Source: an uncultured Cytophagia bacterium
GTDB lineage: Bacteria > Zhuqueibacterota > Zhuqueibacteria > Thermofontimicrobiales > Thermofontimicrobiaceae
DNA length: 64,000 nucleotides
Assembly: GCA_964472785.1 (NCBI GenBank)
Contig: CAYYMH010000011.1
Span: 22,783 to 86,782, forward strand
Direction of reading: 5' to 3'
This document shows, piece after piece, positions 9,653 to 17,236 of this stretch. The notes beneath the pieces were generated by a model. It was not told the DNA's origin. It did not search any database and was given only the letters and a program-made list of their open reading frames with translations. The translations under genes and the position numbers were made by a program. Numbering within the stretch: the first letter of the stretch is position 1; the number at the start of each line of letters is the position of its first letter.

Positions 9653-12205
9653 TTATTCTTCTCTCAAAGCCAGCGCCGGTGATGTCTTTGCCATTTTATA
9701 AGCCGGAAAAATACCGGCAAAAATGGCAGCCAATACAGCTAAAATCAACCCTTGCAGCAAAAGCCCGGGAATGAAATCAAAGTGGATGGTCCAGCCAAAC
9801 GACCGTTCGTTGATGACTTTAATCAGCACCAGCGCCAAAATATTTCCGATGGGCAGAGCGATCAATCCGGAAATCAAGCCCATCAATCCGGTTTGCAAAA
9901 TGACCATTTTCCACAATTCTTTCGGAGTCAAGCCAGTCGCCCGAAGCACGCCGAATTCCCGGGTTCGCTCAAGTTGAATTGCCATCAACGCACTCAAAAC
10001 GCCAACAAAAGCCACAATGATTGCCAGAGATTGCAGAACACTGGTGATTAAAAACGTCCGGTCAAACACCTGGATCGATGAATTCATTAGCGACCGGTTC
10101 GATTGAACCTGAACTTCCTGATCCGGTGGCAGCATTCGCCGAATTTGCTCCATGAACGCATCTGCCAAAACACCGGCATTCAAATAAAGCAGAATGCCGG
10201 ACAACTTGTCATCCCGCCAATATTTTCGATAGGTTGGATAAGCAATCGAAACCAGACCGAGATCAGTGCCATAATCATAATAAACGCCAACCACCTCGAA
10301 TTTTTTGTCCCCGTGATCCGTCAGTAAAATAACGTCATCCCCAACATTTGTGTCGTAGTGATGGGCATAGGTTTCCGAAACCAGCGCCGCCTCATTCTCC
10401 TGATACTGCTGCCAGGCTTGATCCGGATCCCCGCTTTTGAATGTGAAATCGTCGTAGCGATGCTTACCGATTTTGGCGGTCAACAAAATAAAAGCGCCTT
10501 TCTCTGTCAATATTTTTTGTTCACGATAATAATTCACATGTTTTATTTCTGGCATTTTCGAAAACTTGTCAACCAAATCAAAATCCAAATTTCCGTTACT
10601 CTGCGTGGCAACGATGCGGGGCGCTGAAATAAAAATATCCGCTGATAGCAAATTTTCCAGCCAGTCAGATACCGTATTTCGAAAACTTTTCACCATGGTT
10701 CCCACACCGATCGTTGTCGCCACGGCAATACTCAAAGCCGCAATAGCCACCGACGTACGGCTGATTTGCGCGGAGATACCATTGGCTGCCATTTTACCCA
10801 ATGTTCCGAATAATCTTCCCATCAACGGTCGCACAAGTTTGACCGCGACGACGATCAAAAGAGGCGTCAGCAAGGAAAGCCCCAGCACCAGCGGCACCAA
10901 ACCGCTGTAACTCACCCAGATGCTTTTGCCCGGTGTAAACAAAATCGCTGCACCCAGTAACGCTGCGAAACTGCCCCAGATCGTGAGTTTCGGAATATGA
11001 GTTCGAATACCTGTTTCCAGATTGGAGCGACTCATCACCACTCTCGGCGGAGAGAGTGTCGCCTCCCGTGCCGGCTTGAGCGCCGCAAAACAGGTGGCAC
11101 CGATGCCGATGATGAATCCTTTTAATAAATTCAAAAAAGAAATATGAATCGTATTCACTGTTAGTACAAAATACAAATCATTGATCGACTGCGTGACCAG
11201 ACCGATCATTCCTTTGCTGAGCAAAATCCCGGCAAACACGCCGATGAGCGTGCCGATAAATCCCAGTATCAATGCCTCATTCACAATCAGCCAAAATATC
11301 TCTTTCCGGGTAACGCCGAGCGACCGAATCAGCCCGATATAGCTGCGCCGCTGCACCACGGCAAAGGTCATGGTATTGTAAATCAAAAACATACCCACGA
11401 TGAGCGCCAGCAAGCTCATGGCTGTCAGATTCATGTTGAACGCGCTCACCATTTGCTCGGCTGAATTGGTGCGATAGCCCGCTTTTTCGATGCGGACACC
11501 ACTTGGCAGTACTGCTTCCAATTTCTGCAAAATCGAATCTGTCTGCTGATTATCAATTAACAGATCAATTCTTGAAACGTGCCCATCCATTCCCATCAAT
11601 TCTTGCGCAGTCGAGATATCGGCAATAATCATATTCTCCAACGCCTGCCCATTTTGCCCATCTCCTACATTGAGCAGACCAATAATTTTCAGCGTATCTT
11701 TTTTAACGCCAATTTTGATGGGTAGCGGATCACCAGTTTTTTTGCCCAGATTTTTTGCTGTCGAATTTGAAATTATCACAGCGCGCGGCTCGGTAAAAAA
11801 TTTTGTAAAATTTTTCAAATCGAAAGTTTCCGCTTCCAAAATATTCCGGCGAAAAGGAGCCTCCGAAAACCAATCGACACCCAGCAGAGTCAATGTCCGC
11901 GGTGGTTCATCTTCAATAGTCAAATAGCCCTCAATCGCCGGCGCACTTTTTCTGAAACCCAAATCGGTGCGAATAATCCGAAACAGCGAATCCGGCACAC
12001 CGGACGGTCCGCCGACAAGCTGGTGGGTGGCTTTACCGGCAATAGTTTCAAAGGAAAGGCGGAAGGCACGGACGGCGCTCTGATTCACCAGATCGATGGA
12101 AACGACCACTGCCACGCCGAGCGCGATTCCCACGATGGACAGGAGAATCTGCCAGGGATGATGCAATAAATTGACAATGCTGGATTTAATCAGTGTCTTT
12201 TTCAT
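9653..12205 (-). CDS. ABC transporter permease, FtsX/MacB family (duplicated FtsX domains)
   Basis: 850 aa with two blocks of four TM helices separated by large periplasmic domains. This is the typical architecture of LolE/MacB-like fused permeases. Confidence 0.85.
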   Translation of the reverse strand: MKKTLIKSSIVNLLHHPWQILLSIVGIALGVAVVVSIDLVNQSAVRAFRLSFETIAGKATHQLVGGPSGVPDSLFRIIRTDLGFRKSAPAIEGYLTIEDEPPRTLTLLGVDWFSEAPFRRNILEAETFDLKNFTKFFTEPRAVIISNSTAKNLGKKTGDPLPIKIGVKKDTLKIIGLLNVGDGQNGQALENMIIADISTAQELMGMDGHVSRIDLLIDNQQTDSILQKLEAVLPSGVRIEKAGYRTNSAEQMVSAFNMNLTAMSLLALIVGMFLIYNTMTFAVVQRRSYIGLIRSLGVTRKEIFWLIVNEALILGFIGTLIGVFAGILLSKGMIGLVTQSINDLYFVLTVNTIHISFLNLLKGFIIGIGATCFAALKPAREATLSPPRVVMSRSNLETGIRTHIPKLTIWGSFAALLGAAILFTPGKSIWVSYSGLVPLVLGLSLLTPLLIVVAVKLVRPLMGRLFGTLGKMAANGISAQISRTSVAIAALSIAVATTIGVGTMVKSFRNTVSDWLENLLSADIFISAPRIVATQSNGNLDFDLVDKFSKMPEIKHVNYYREQKILTEKGAFILLTAKIGKHRYDDFTFKSGDPDQAWQQYQENEAALVSETYAHHYDTNVGDDVILLTDHGDKKFEVVGVYYDYGTDLGLVSIAYPTYRKYWRDDKLSGILLYLNAGVLADAFMEQIRRMLPPDQEVQVQSNRSLMNSSIQVFDRTFLITSVLQSLAIIVAFVGVLSALMAIQLERTREFGVLRATGLTPKELWKMVILQTGLMGLISGLIALPIGNILALVLIKVINERSFGWTIHFDFIPGLLLQGLILAVLAAIFAGIFPAYKMAKTSPALALREE

Positions 12206-12899
12206 GGGCAGGAATGTTTGGTTTGTCCGTATGTTTTAATTTCCCATCTTTGAGCGTAAGAATTCGGTCTGCCAGTCCGATTACCTCCCGACTGTGGGTC
12301 GCCATGATCAGTGTGGTGCCGGCATTGCGAACCAGACGATCCAGCAGTTGAATAATTTGGCTGCCGGTTTCCAAGTCCAGATTACCGGTGGGCTCGTCTG
12401 CTAAGACAATGGCTGGCTGATGAATCAGTGCTCTAACAATAGCGACGCGCTGCTGCTCACCACCGGACAGCCGATCCGGATAAGTTTTAGCCCGATCCGC
12501 TAATCCGATTTCGTTCAGCAATGCTGCAATCCGTGTTCGACCTTCTCCGTTTCCAGCATTATTCAATTCAAGCGGCAGCAGCAGATTTTCTTCGACCGTC
12601 AGCGTCGGGATCAGATTAAAAAACTGAAATACGAAACCGATATTTTTCCGGCGGAACAACGTGCGCTCCTGTTCGGACATGGTTGTCAAATTTCGCTGCC
12701 CGATGACGACTTCACCGGAATTGGGCAGATCAATCCCACTGATCAAATTGAGCAACGTGGATTTCCCGGAGCCGCTTTTGCCTAACAAAATCATCAGCTC
12801 CCCTGCCGTGATCTTCTCGGAAATGTTATTGATCACGGTATTTTCAGCGTTCCCTTCCCGGTAGGTTTTGGTCAGCTTTTTTAGTTCGATCTGCAACAT
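12186..12899 (-). CDS. ABC transporter ATP-binding protein (LolD/MacB-type)
   Basis: The start was moved to the ATG at 12897-12899 (MLQIELKKL). Walker A is GKSGSGKST, the signature is [15 protein letters not shown] and Walker B is [11 protein letters not shown]. Confidence 0.9.
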   Translation of the reverse strand: MLQIELKKLTKTYREGNAENTVINNISEKITAGELMILLGKSGSGKSTLLNLISGIDLPNSGEVVIGQRNLTTMSEQERTLFRRKNIGFVFQFFNLIPTLTVEENLLLPLELNNAGNGEGRTRIAALLNEIGLADRAKTYPDRLSGGEQQRVAIVRALIHQPAIVLADEPTGNLDLETGSQIIQLLDRLVRNAGTTLIMATHSREVIGLADRILTLKDGKLKHTDKPNIPAHEKDTD

Positions 12900-13219
12900 G
12901 AATAGTAATTTTTTGAATATAAATTGAGTTGTAATATTTATTGAAAAAGAGCAAGAATAGATAACGGTGGTTTGTGGAATATGTTCCCGGAACATGAGCG
13001 TGCCCCAACTCATTTTCTTTTCCAAAGCAGGTCTTTTGCATGCAACACCAACGGATTGAAGCGGAAGTTTGATGCGGATGGGTATGTGGAGAAGGTTGGG
13101 AAATTGAAAAATAATTCAGATTAGATTTTACTTCCCAAATTGATTGATTGTCACTAATCCAATTTTCCCGCCGTATATTCTTTCTCAATCAATAGAAACC
13201 ACGGAAGCATTATTATGTG

Positions 13220-13483
13220 TCAATCAAGACTTGTTTCACGATTTCTCCTGGACGTGAAAGCATTCTTCCGACGGATTTTCAAATCTTTTAAAAATTCCTT
13301 AAAATCATCTTCAGGCATATCACGCCAACTTCCTGCTAATTTTAATATTTTGTCAGGAGTTGATACCTTTGCTTCTAATCCCAAACGATAATGATGAATT
13401 AAATCAAAAATTTCAGATACTTTTTCATCCGGTATTTTTTCAATCTCATCGAAAATTTTATCGCGCATTACTGATTTTTTCAT
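13220..13483 (-). CDS. hypothetical small protein, DUF2281-like (orphan antitoxin-like)
   Basis: 87 aa. The C-terminal region LAGSWRDMPEDDFKEFL resembles the DUF2281 GSxxGxxxxDDFDxPLxDF block. No toxin partner is adjacent. Confidence 0.3.
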   Translation of the reverse strand: MKKSVMRDKIFDEIEKIPDEKVSEIFDLIHHYRLGLEAKVSTPDKILKLAGSWRDMPEDDFKEFLKDLKIRRKNAFTSRRNRETSLD

Positions 13484-13675
13484 TTTGGAATCCAGAAATT
13501 CCTTATTGTTCCTAACTAATTGTTTATCTATATTTTTCAGTTAATATTACAAATTTAATTCGAAAAATGCAAGCTATTATTGACAGAAGCCTAACAAGAA
13601 TTTGTAAAAAATAATTTCCGGGCTCAAAACTATTACCCAACAACCAATTCATCAATCCGTTCTCTGAGAGCTCGT

Positions 13676-14137
13676 TTATTTTTCCATCAAAGCCTTTTCA
13701 ACTTCACTGACATCCGGTATATCCGACATGGAATAACCGTAATAGACAAATGTGAGAATCCCGGACTTGTCGATCAGCATCTGCGCGGGCATTCTGCCAA
13801 ATTTGAAAATTTTCACTTGCTGTCCGTAAAGCTTTATGACCGAATGTTTCGGATCAGGCAAACCAACGAACGGCAGGGATTCCTTTTGCCAGTATTTTTT
13901 GAACGCCTCGGAGTTTTCCGGTCCCACGACCAACACTTCAACATCTAACTTCTGCAATCTGTCTGCTTCCTGACGCAACTGCGCCATGTGCTTGCGGCAA
14001 AATGGTCACATAAATCCCCGGTTAAAAACCAGCAGCACATTTTTCTTCTCTTTGTAATCAGACAGGGAGACGTTTTCCCCATTAAAATCTTTCAGCGTAA
14101 AATTTGGGGCTTGAGTGTTGAGTTGTGCTTTTGGCAT
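13676..14137 (-). CDS. redoxin/AhpC-TSA-fold thiol:disulfide oxidoreductase with in-frame TGA at the redox-active position (candidate selenoprotein, UxxC)
   Basis: An ATG at 14135-14137 opens 43 sense codons (MPKAQLNTQAPNFTLKDFNGENVSLSDYKEKKNVLLVFNRGFM). A TGA follows at 14006-14008, and the same frame continues as PFCRKHMAQLRQ...EK to the stop. The N-terminal part aligns with the beta1-alpha1 region of BCP/peroxiredoxin (VLYFYPKDDTPGCT). The TGA therefore falls at the first Cys of a CxxC-like pair (U-P-F-C). Confidence 0.5.
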
Positions 14138-14353
14138 TTAATAGTACTTTCTTAATTTTTTTGTAAAAACCTAAAAGTGATTTTACTAGTTTTAACATGA
14201 AAAAATATTGCACTGCATTTCGAGCGTATAGCGTGATTAACCCAAAGGATTTGACAATTGCACAAAACCTGCATTTCAGCTGTGGCCAAGTCGTCAAGTT
14301 TATTCTTTGATTTGTGTTTTAACAACGAACAATTAATAAAAATTTGCTATACT

Positions 14354-14397
14354 AAAGACCGCAAGATTCAAATTTAATTTTACTACCTGCGGTCTTT
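14354..14397 (-). other. 10-bp perfect-stem hairpin downstream of the DGR template repeat
   Basis: aaagaccgca (14354-14363) pairs with tgcggtcttt (14388-14397) across a 24-nt loop. On the minus strand a T-tract follows about 10 nt after the stem. It may be a terminator or structured spacer of the DGR RNA. Confidence 0.35.
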
Positions 14398-14520
14398 ATT
14401 TTGTTATTCGTCTCAATTCGCCACAGGCGGACCAAGACAGGAATAAGCCTGTCGTCTATCAAGGCGCTGGATAATCTCCAGTCGGAAAATTATCATCTGA
14501 CCAAAAAACATTACACGATT

Positions 14521-14647
14521 AAAAACTAACGAACACAACGAAACCCGATATTGTTGTTGCTATTGTTCGGATTGTTGTTGTTGCGATTCGCACAACGCGT
14601 GTTGTTGGCATTGTTGTTCCACGAACCGCTCCGCAGCACGCGATCTG
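14521..14647 (-). repeat. DGR template repeat (TR)
   Basis: 127 bp that is about 86% identical to 17110-17236. On the coding (minus) strand it is Asn-codon rich (aac/aat). 14 of the 18 mismatches to the other copy fall at adenines of this copy. Confidence 0.75.
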
Positions 14648-14761
14648 TTTTTTCGGCTTATCCCTTTTCTTTTGAAATAAAGGAGTGAAATGCCTTTACG
14701 CATTTCACGGCGGCGCATAAAGGCGCCGCACTCCATTTTATTATTTGCCGTGCTTTGTGTT

Positions 14762-15124
14762 TCACTTATTGTTATGATTATCAAAAGCTTGTTTTTTTAT
14801 CCAACCGCCAAGCATCTTTCCGATTTCGTTTATTTGAATATTGATTCGTTCATAATAACTGAAATTCCAAAAATTCAACTCCAACGTCACTCGCGTTAAA
14901 ATGCGCAGCCGTTCCAAATAATCACTGGCGCGATATAAAGCGGTTAATTTATCTGTTGAAGTAAAACCAAGCGTAATTTCTTCGATGAATTTCAGACTAC
15001 TGTCCTGTAATCGATGCGAAATAATATATCGCTGCGACTTCGGAAATTTCATCGTCGCTTTGAATAGGTCAACTGACAGTTGATAACTTTTATCAAATAA
15101 CGGGTAATCTTCTTTTCGTTTCAT
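14762..15124 (-). CDS. avd: DGR accessory variability determinant (Avd), four-helix-bundle protein
   Basis: 120 aa. The C-terminal motif EIGKMLGGWIKKQ parallels EVGRILGSWIARV of Bordetella-phage bAvd. It sits between the reverse transcriptase and the TR. Confidence 0.7.
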   Translation of the reverse strand: MKRKEDYPLFDKSYQLSVDLFKATMKFPKSQRYIISHRLQDSSLKFIEEITLGFTSTDKLTALYRASDYLERLRILTRVTLELNFWNFSYYERINIQINEIGKMLGGWIKKQAFDNHNNK

Positions 15125-15131
15125 AATATCC

Positions 15132-15197
15132 GGAGTGCATCGCCTTTATGCGATGCACGTTGCGATGCACGTGCAATGCATAAAGGCATTGCACTCC
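15132..15197. repeat. REP-like palindromic hairpin pair (copy 1)
   Basis: Two inverted units built on ggagtgcatcgcctttatgcgatgcac. Three other copies occur at 16282, 16915 and 21594. It lies between avd and the reverse transcriptase. Confidence 0.7.
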
Positions 15198-15204
15198 AAT
15201 TCCT

Positions 15205-16269
15205 TTATTTTACAAAAATAAAACGATTGAATAAATCTTCCCGCAAACGCCAGGTATCGGCATGTCCCGCGTGACCGATCCATGATTGTACGGATGAATT
15301 GATGGTTTGAAAATCAATGACGCCTTGTTTGTAGTCCTGTTGAAATATTTTCATTCGTTTGGCAAATAATCTGATGTTTGATTTTCGCAAGCGGCGATAT
15401 TCAGGGAAAATACGATAGCCCATAAAATCCGTTCCCTGCGTGACAGGGAATATTGTATTCTTTTTCGGATGAACGGACAAACGCAGCGTTGCCAAAAATC
15501 TGATGATTTCATGCCGTATATTCCACAATTCTGCTTTGGAATCGGACAACACCACAAAGTCATCCATGTAGCGAATATAATGATGGCAGCGAAGAACAAA
15601 TTTCACAAAATAATCCAGCTCGCTCAAATAAATATTCGCCAAAAACTGACTGGTTAAATTTCCGATAGGCAAACCGCGCTGCCGTTCCAGTGGAGTTAGC
15701 AAATCATCATCGCCATACCAGTGCATCACGTATTCATCTTTTAAAATATCTCTGCCGCTATGAATAATGGCGTCTAACAGCCACAGCAGATCGTTGTCCT
15801 TAATTTTTTTTCTTAAAATGGCAAGCAGAATCTCGTGATCGATGCTGGGAAAATACTTTTGAATATCGCATTTAAAAACGTATTTCTTTTTCCTGCAAAA
15901 TTGGGTAAACCGATCCGCTGCTTTATGCTGCCCTTTTCCTTTGCGACAAGCATAAGAATCAAAAATGAATAGCTTTTCGTAGATCGGCTCCAGCACATTG
16001 CAGATGGCGTGATGCACCACCCGATCACGAAACGGCGCCGCCGATACAAGCCGACGTTTGGGTTCCGTAATATAAAAATTATAGTAGCAGCCGACTTGAT
16101 AACTTTTGGAACGTAAATCATCTTGCAATTGAAACAATTCTTTCTCTAAATTTATCTTGAACTGTTCCACATACGGCTTCCATTTTTTCCCTTTTGCCGC
16201 TTTTTTAAAGGCGCTATACAAATTTTTAAAGGTGATAATGTGCGGATAGATATTTTTTATCGTTTTCAT
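15205..16269 (-). CDS. DGR reverse transcriptase
   Basis: The start was moved to the ATG at 16267-16269 (MKTIKN). LPIGNLTSQ is the DGR-specific I/LGxxxSQ variant of the QGxxxSP motif. The YMDD catalytic box is YMDDFVV. The N-terminus SAAPFRDRVVHHAICNVLEPIYE is typical of DGR reverse transcriptases. Confidence 0.9.
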   Translation of the reverse strand: MKTIKNIYPHIITFKNLYSAFKKAAKGKKWKPYVEQFKINLEKELFQLQDDLRSKSYQVGCYYNFYITEPKRRLVSAAPFRDRVVHHAICNVLEPIYEKLFIFDSYACRKGKGQHKAADRFTQFCRKKKYVFKCDIQKYFPSIDHEILLAILRKKIKDNDLLWLLDAIIHSGRDILKDEYVMHWYGDDDLLTPLERQRGLPIGNLTSQFLANIYLSELDYFVKFVLRCHHYIRYMDDFVVLSDSKAELWNIRHEIIRFLATLRLSVHPKKNTIFPVTQGTDFMGYRIFPEYRRLRKSNIRLFAKRMKIFQQDYKQGVIDFQTINSSVQSWIGHAGHADTWRLREDLFNRFIFVK

Positions 16270-16281
16270 AATTTGCCAGAT

Positions 16282-16335
16282 GGAGTGCATCGCCTTTATG
16301 CGATGCACATGCAATGCATAAAGGCATTGCACTCC
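16282..16335. repeat. REP-like palindromic hairpin pair (copy 2)
   Basis: ggagtgcatcgcctttatgcgatgcac followed by atgcaatgcataaaggcattgcactcc. It lies between the reverse transcriptase and rayT. Confidence 0.7.
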
Positions 16336-16339
16336 ATTT

Positions 16340-16888
16340 CTAAAAATCATCGATATCGTTGTAATATGTAATTGTTTGTGGTTTATATGTTAAGAAATTC
16401 TCTCTTAACCTTTCTTCTTCCTGCGCTTTCCAAACACGAAAACTTGAGAATGAGTAATCATTTAAATTTTCTACATAATGATGCTTCACAGGATTATACA
16501 AAATGTATGTCGCTGTTTCATAATAATGTTTTTCATTGCGAATACAGCGATCCCAGTATTGATACCAAAATGGTTTTACATCAATACTCAACTCTTTTTT
16601 TATGTGGAACGCGCTGGTTTTATGCAAGGTATTAAAGAAGCGTGGGATATCATCACTTTTTTTAACGTTTGCCAAAAAATGATAATGATTTTCCAATACA
16701 ACCCAATCGAATATTTCCCATTGATATTTTTCGATAAATTGAAAGAGGTATTTGATAAATATTTCTTTTGTTGTCGGAGTAGAAAGCAAACATCGTTTCT
16801 GATAGACAGCGCCTGTGAAAAAATAGTAGAAATCATCGATAAACCAATGGGTTGGAGCGTGCTTATATCTTTTTATAGTCAGGCTCAT
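16340..16888 (-). CDS. rayT: REP-associated tyrosine transposase (RayT / TnpA_REP, IS200-like Y1 HUH)
   Basis: The start was moved to the ATG at 16886-16888 (MSLTIKRYKH). The HUH motif is WVVLENHYHFL. The C-terminal block YWDRCIRNEKHYYETATYILYNPVKHHYV parallels E. coli RayT FWEHAIRNTKDYRHHVDYIYINPVKHGWV. REP hairpins flank it on both sides. Confidence 0.8.
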   Translation of the reverse strand: MSLTIKRYKHAPTHWFIDDFYYFFTGAVYQKRCLLSTPTTKEIFIKYLFQFIEKYQWEIFDWVVLENHYHFLANVKKSDDIPRFFNTLHKTSAFHIKKELSIDVKPFWYQYWDRCIRNEKHYYETATYILYNPVKHHYVENLNDYSFSSFRVWKAQEEERLRENFLTYKPQTITYYNDIDDF

Positions 16889-16914
16889 ATTGTTATCCGT
16901 GTGTTGTGAAATCC

Positions 16915-17010
16915 ATAAAGGGATTTCACTCCGTTTGGAGTGCATTCCCTTTATGGAATGCACCGCGGAGCATAAAGGCATATTCGCAATGCATAAAGGC
17001 ATTGCACTCC
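16915..17010. repeat. REP-like palindromic hairpin cluster (copy 3, composite)
   Basis: A partial unit (ataaagggatttcactcc) precedes ggagtgcattccctttatggaatgcacc and gcggagcataaaggcatattcgcaatgcataaaggcattgcactcc. It lies between rayT and the variable repeat. Confidence 0.7.
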
Positions 17011-17109
17011 GAAATGCAAAAATTTTTCGTCCGCCTTCGGCGGAACCCAAAAACCCAATTACCAAAACCCAAGTAACCAAATCACAAATCACAAAAAAGA
17101 TAGACGACT

Positions 17110-17236
17110 AAAAACTAACGAACGCAACGAAACCCGATATCGTAGTTACGATAATGCGGGTAGTTGACGAAGCGATTCGCACAACGCGTGTAGTTGGCAT
17201 CGTTGAGCCACGAACCGCTCCGCAGCACGCGATCTG
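17110..17236 (-). repeat. DGR variable repeat (VR) at 3' end of target gene
   Basis: 127 bp homologous to the TR. It covers the last ~41 codons of the 742-aa ORF and includes its stop codon. At TR-adenine positions the codons change from aac/aat to ctc, gat, tac, ttc, gtc, cat, tat and cgt. Confidence 0.75.

Noticed and set aside
12844-13188. 114-aa ORF upstream of the ABC ATPase
   Set aside because: It overlaps the ATPase 5' region, whose real start is at 12899. It has no features and sits in an AT-rich intergenic area.
14082-14297. 71-aa ORF on the minus strand overlapping the N-terminal region of the redoxin gene
   Set aside because: It is in a different frame from the conserved thioredoxin-fold translation. 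It has no recognisable features and is displaced by the better-supported ATG(14137)-TGA-continuation frame.
14560-14784. 74-aa ORF covering the template repeat
   Set aside because: It translates the TR in the wrong frame and runs across the avd stop. The TR is a non-coding template.
16270-16350. N-terminal 27-aa extension of the RT ORF (MIFRNGVQCLYALHVHRIKAMHSIWQI)
   Set aside because: It is a translation of REP copy 2. DGR reverse transcriptases begin near MKTIKN.
15132-17010. Possibility that the repeated hairpins are a CRISPR array
   Set aside because: The units are palindromic and irregularly spaced (about 1.1 kb, 0.6 kb, 4.6 kb). The sequence between them is protein-coding and no cas genes are present. 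This is REP/BIME-like, not CRISPR.
16889-17092. N-terminal 68-aa extension of the rayT ORF (MICDLV...DNNM)
   Set aside because: The extension is simply translation of REP copy 3. The RayT homology starts at MSLTIKRY.
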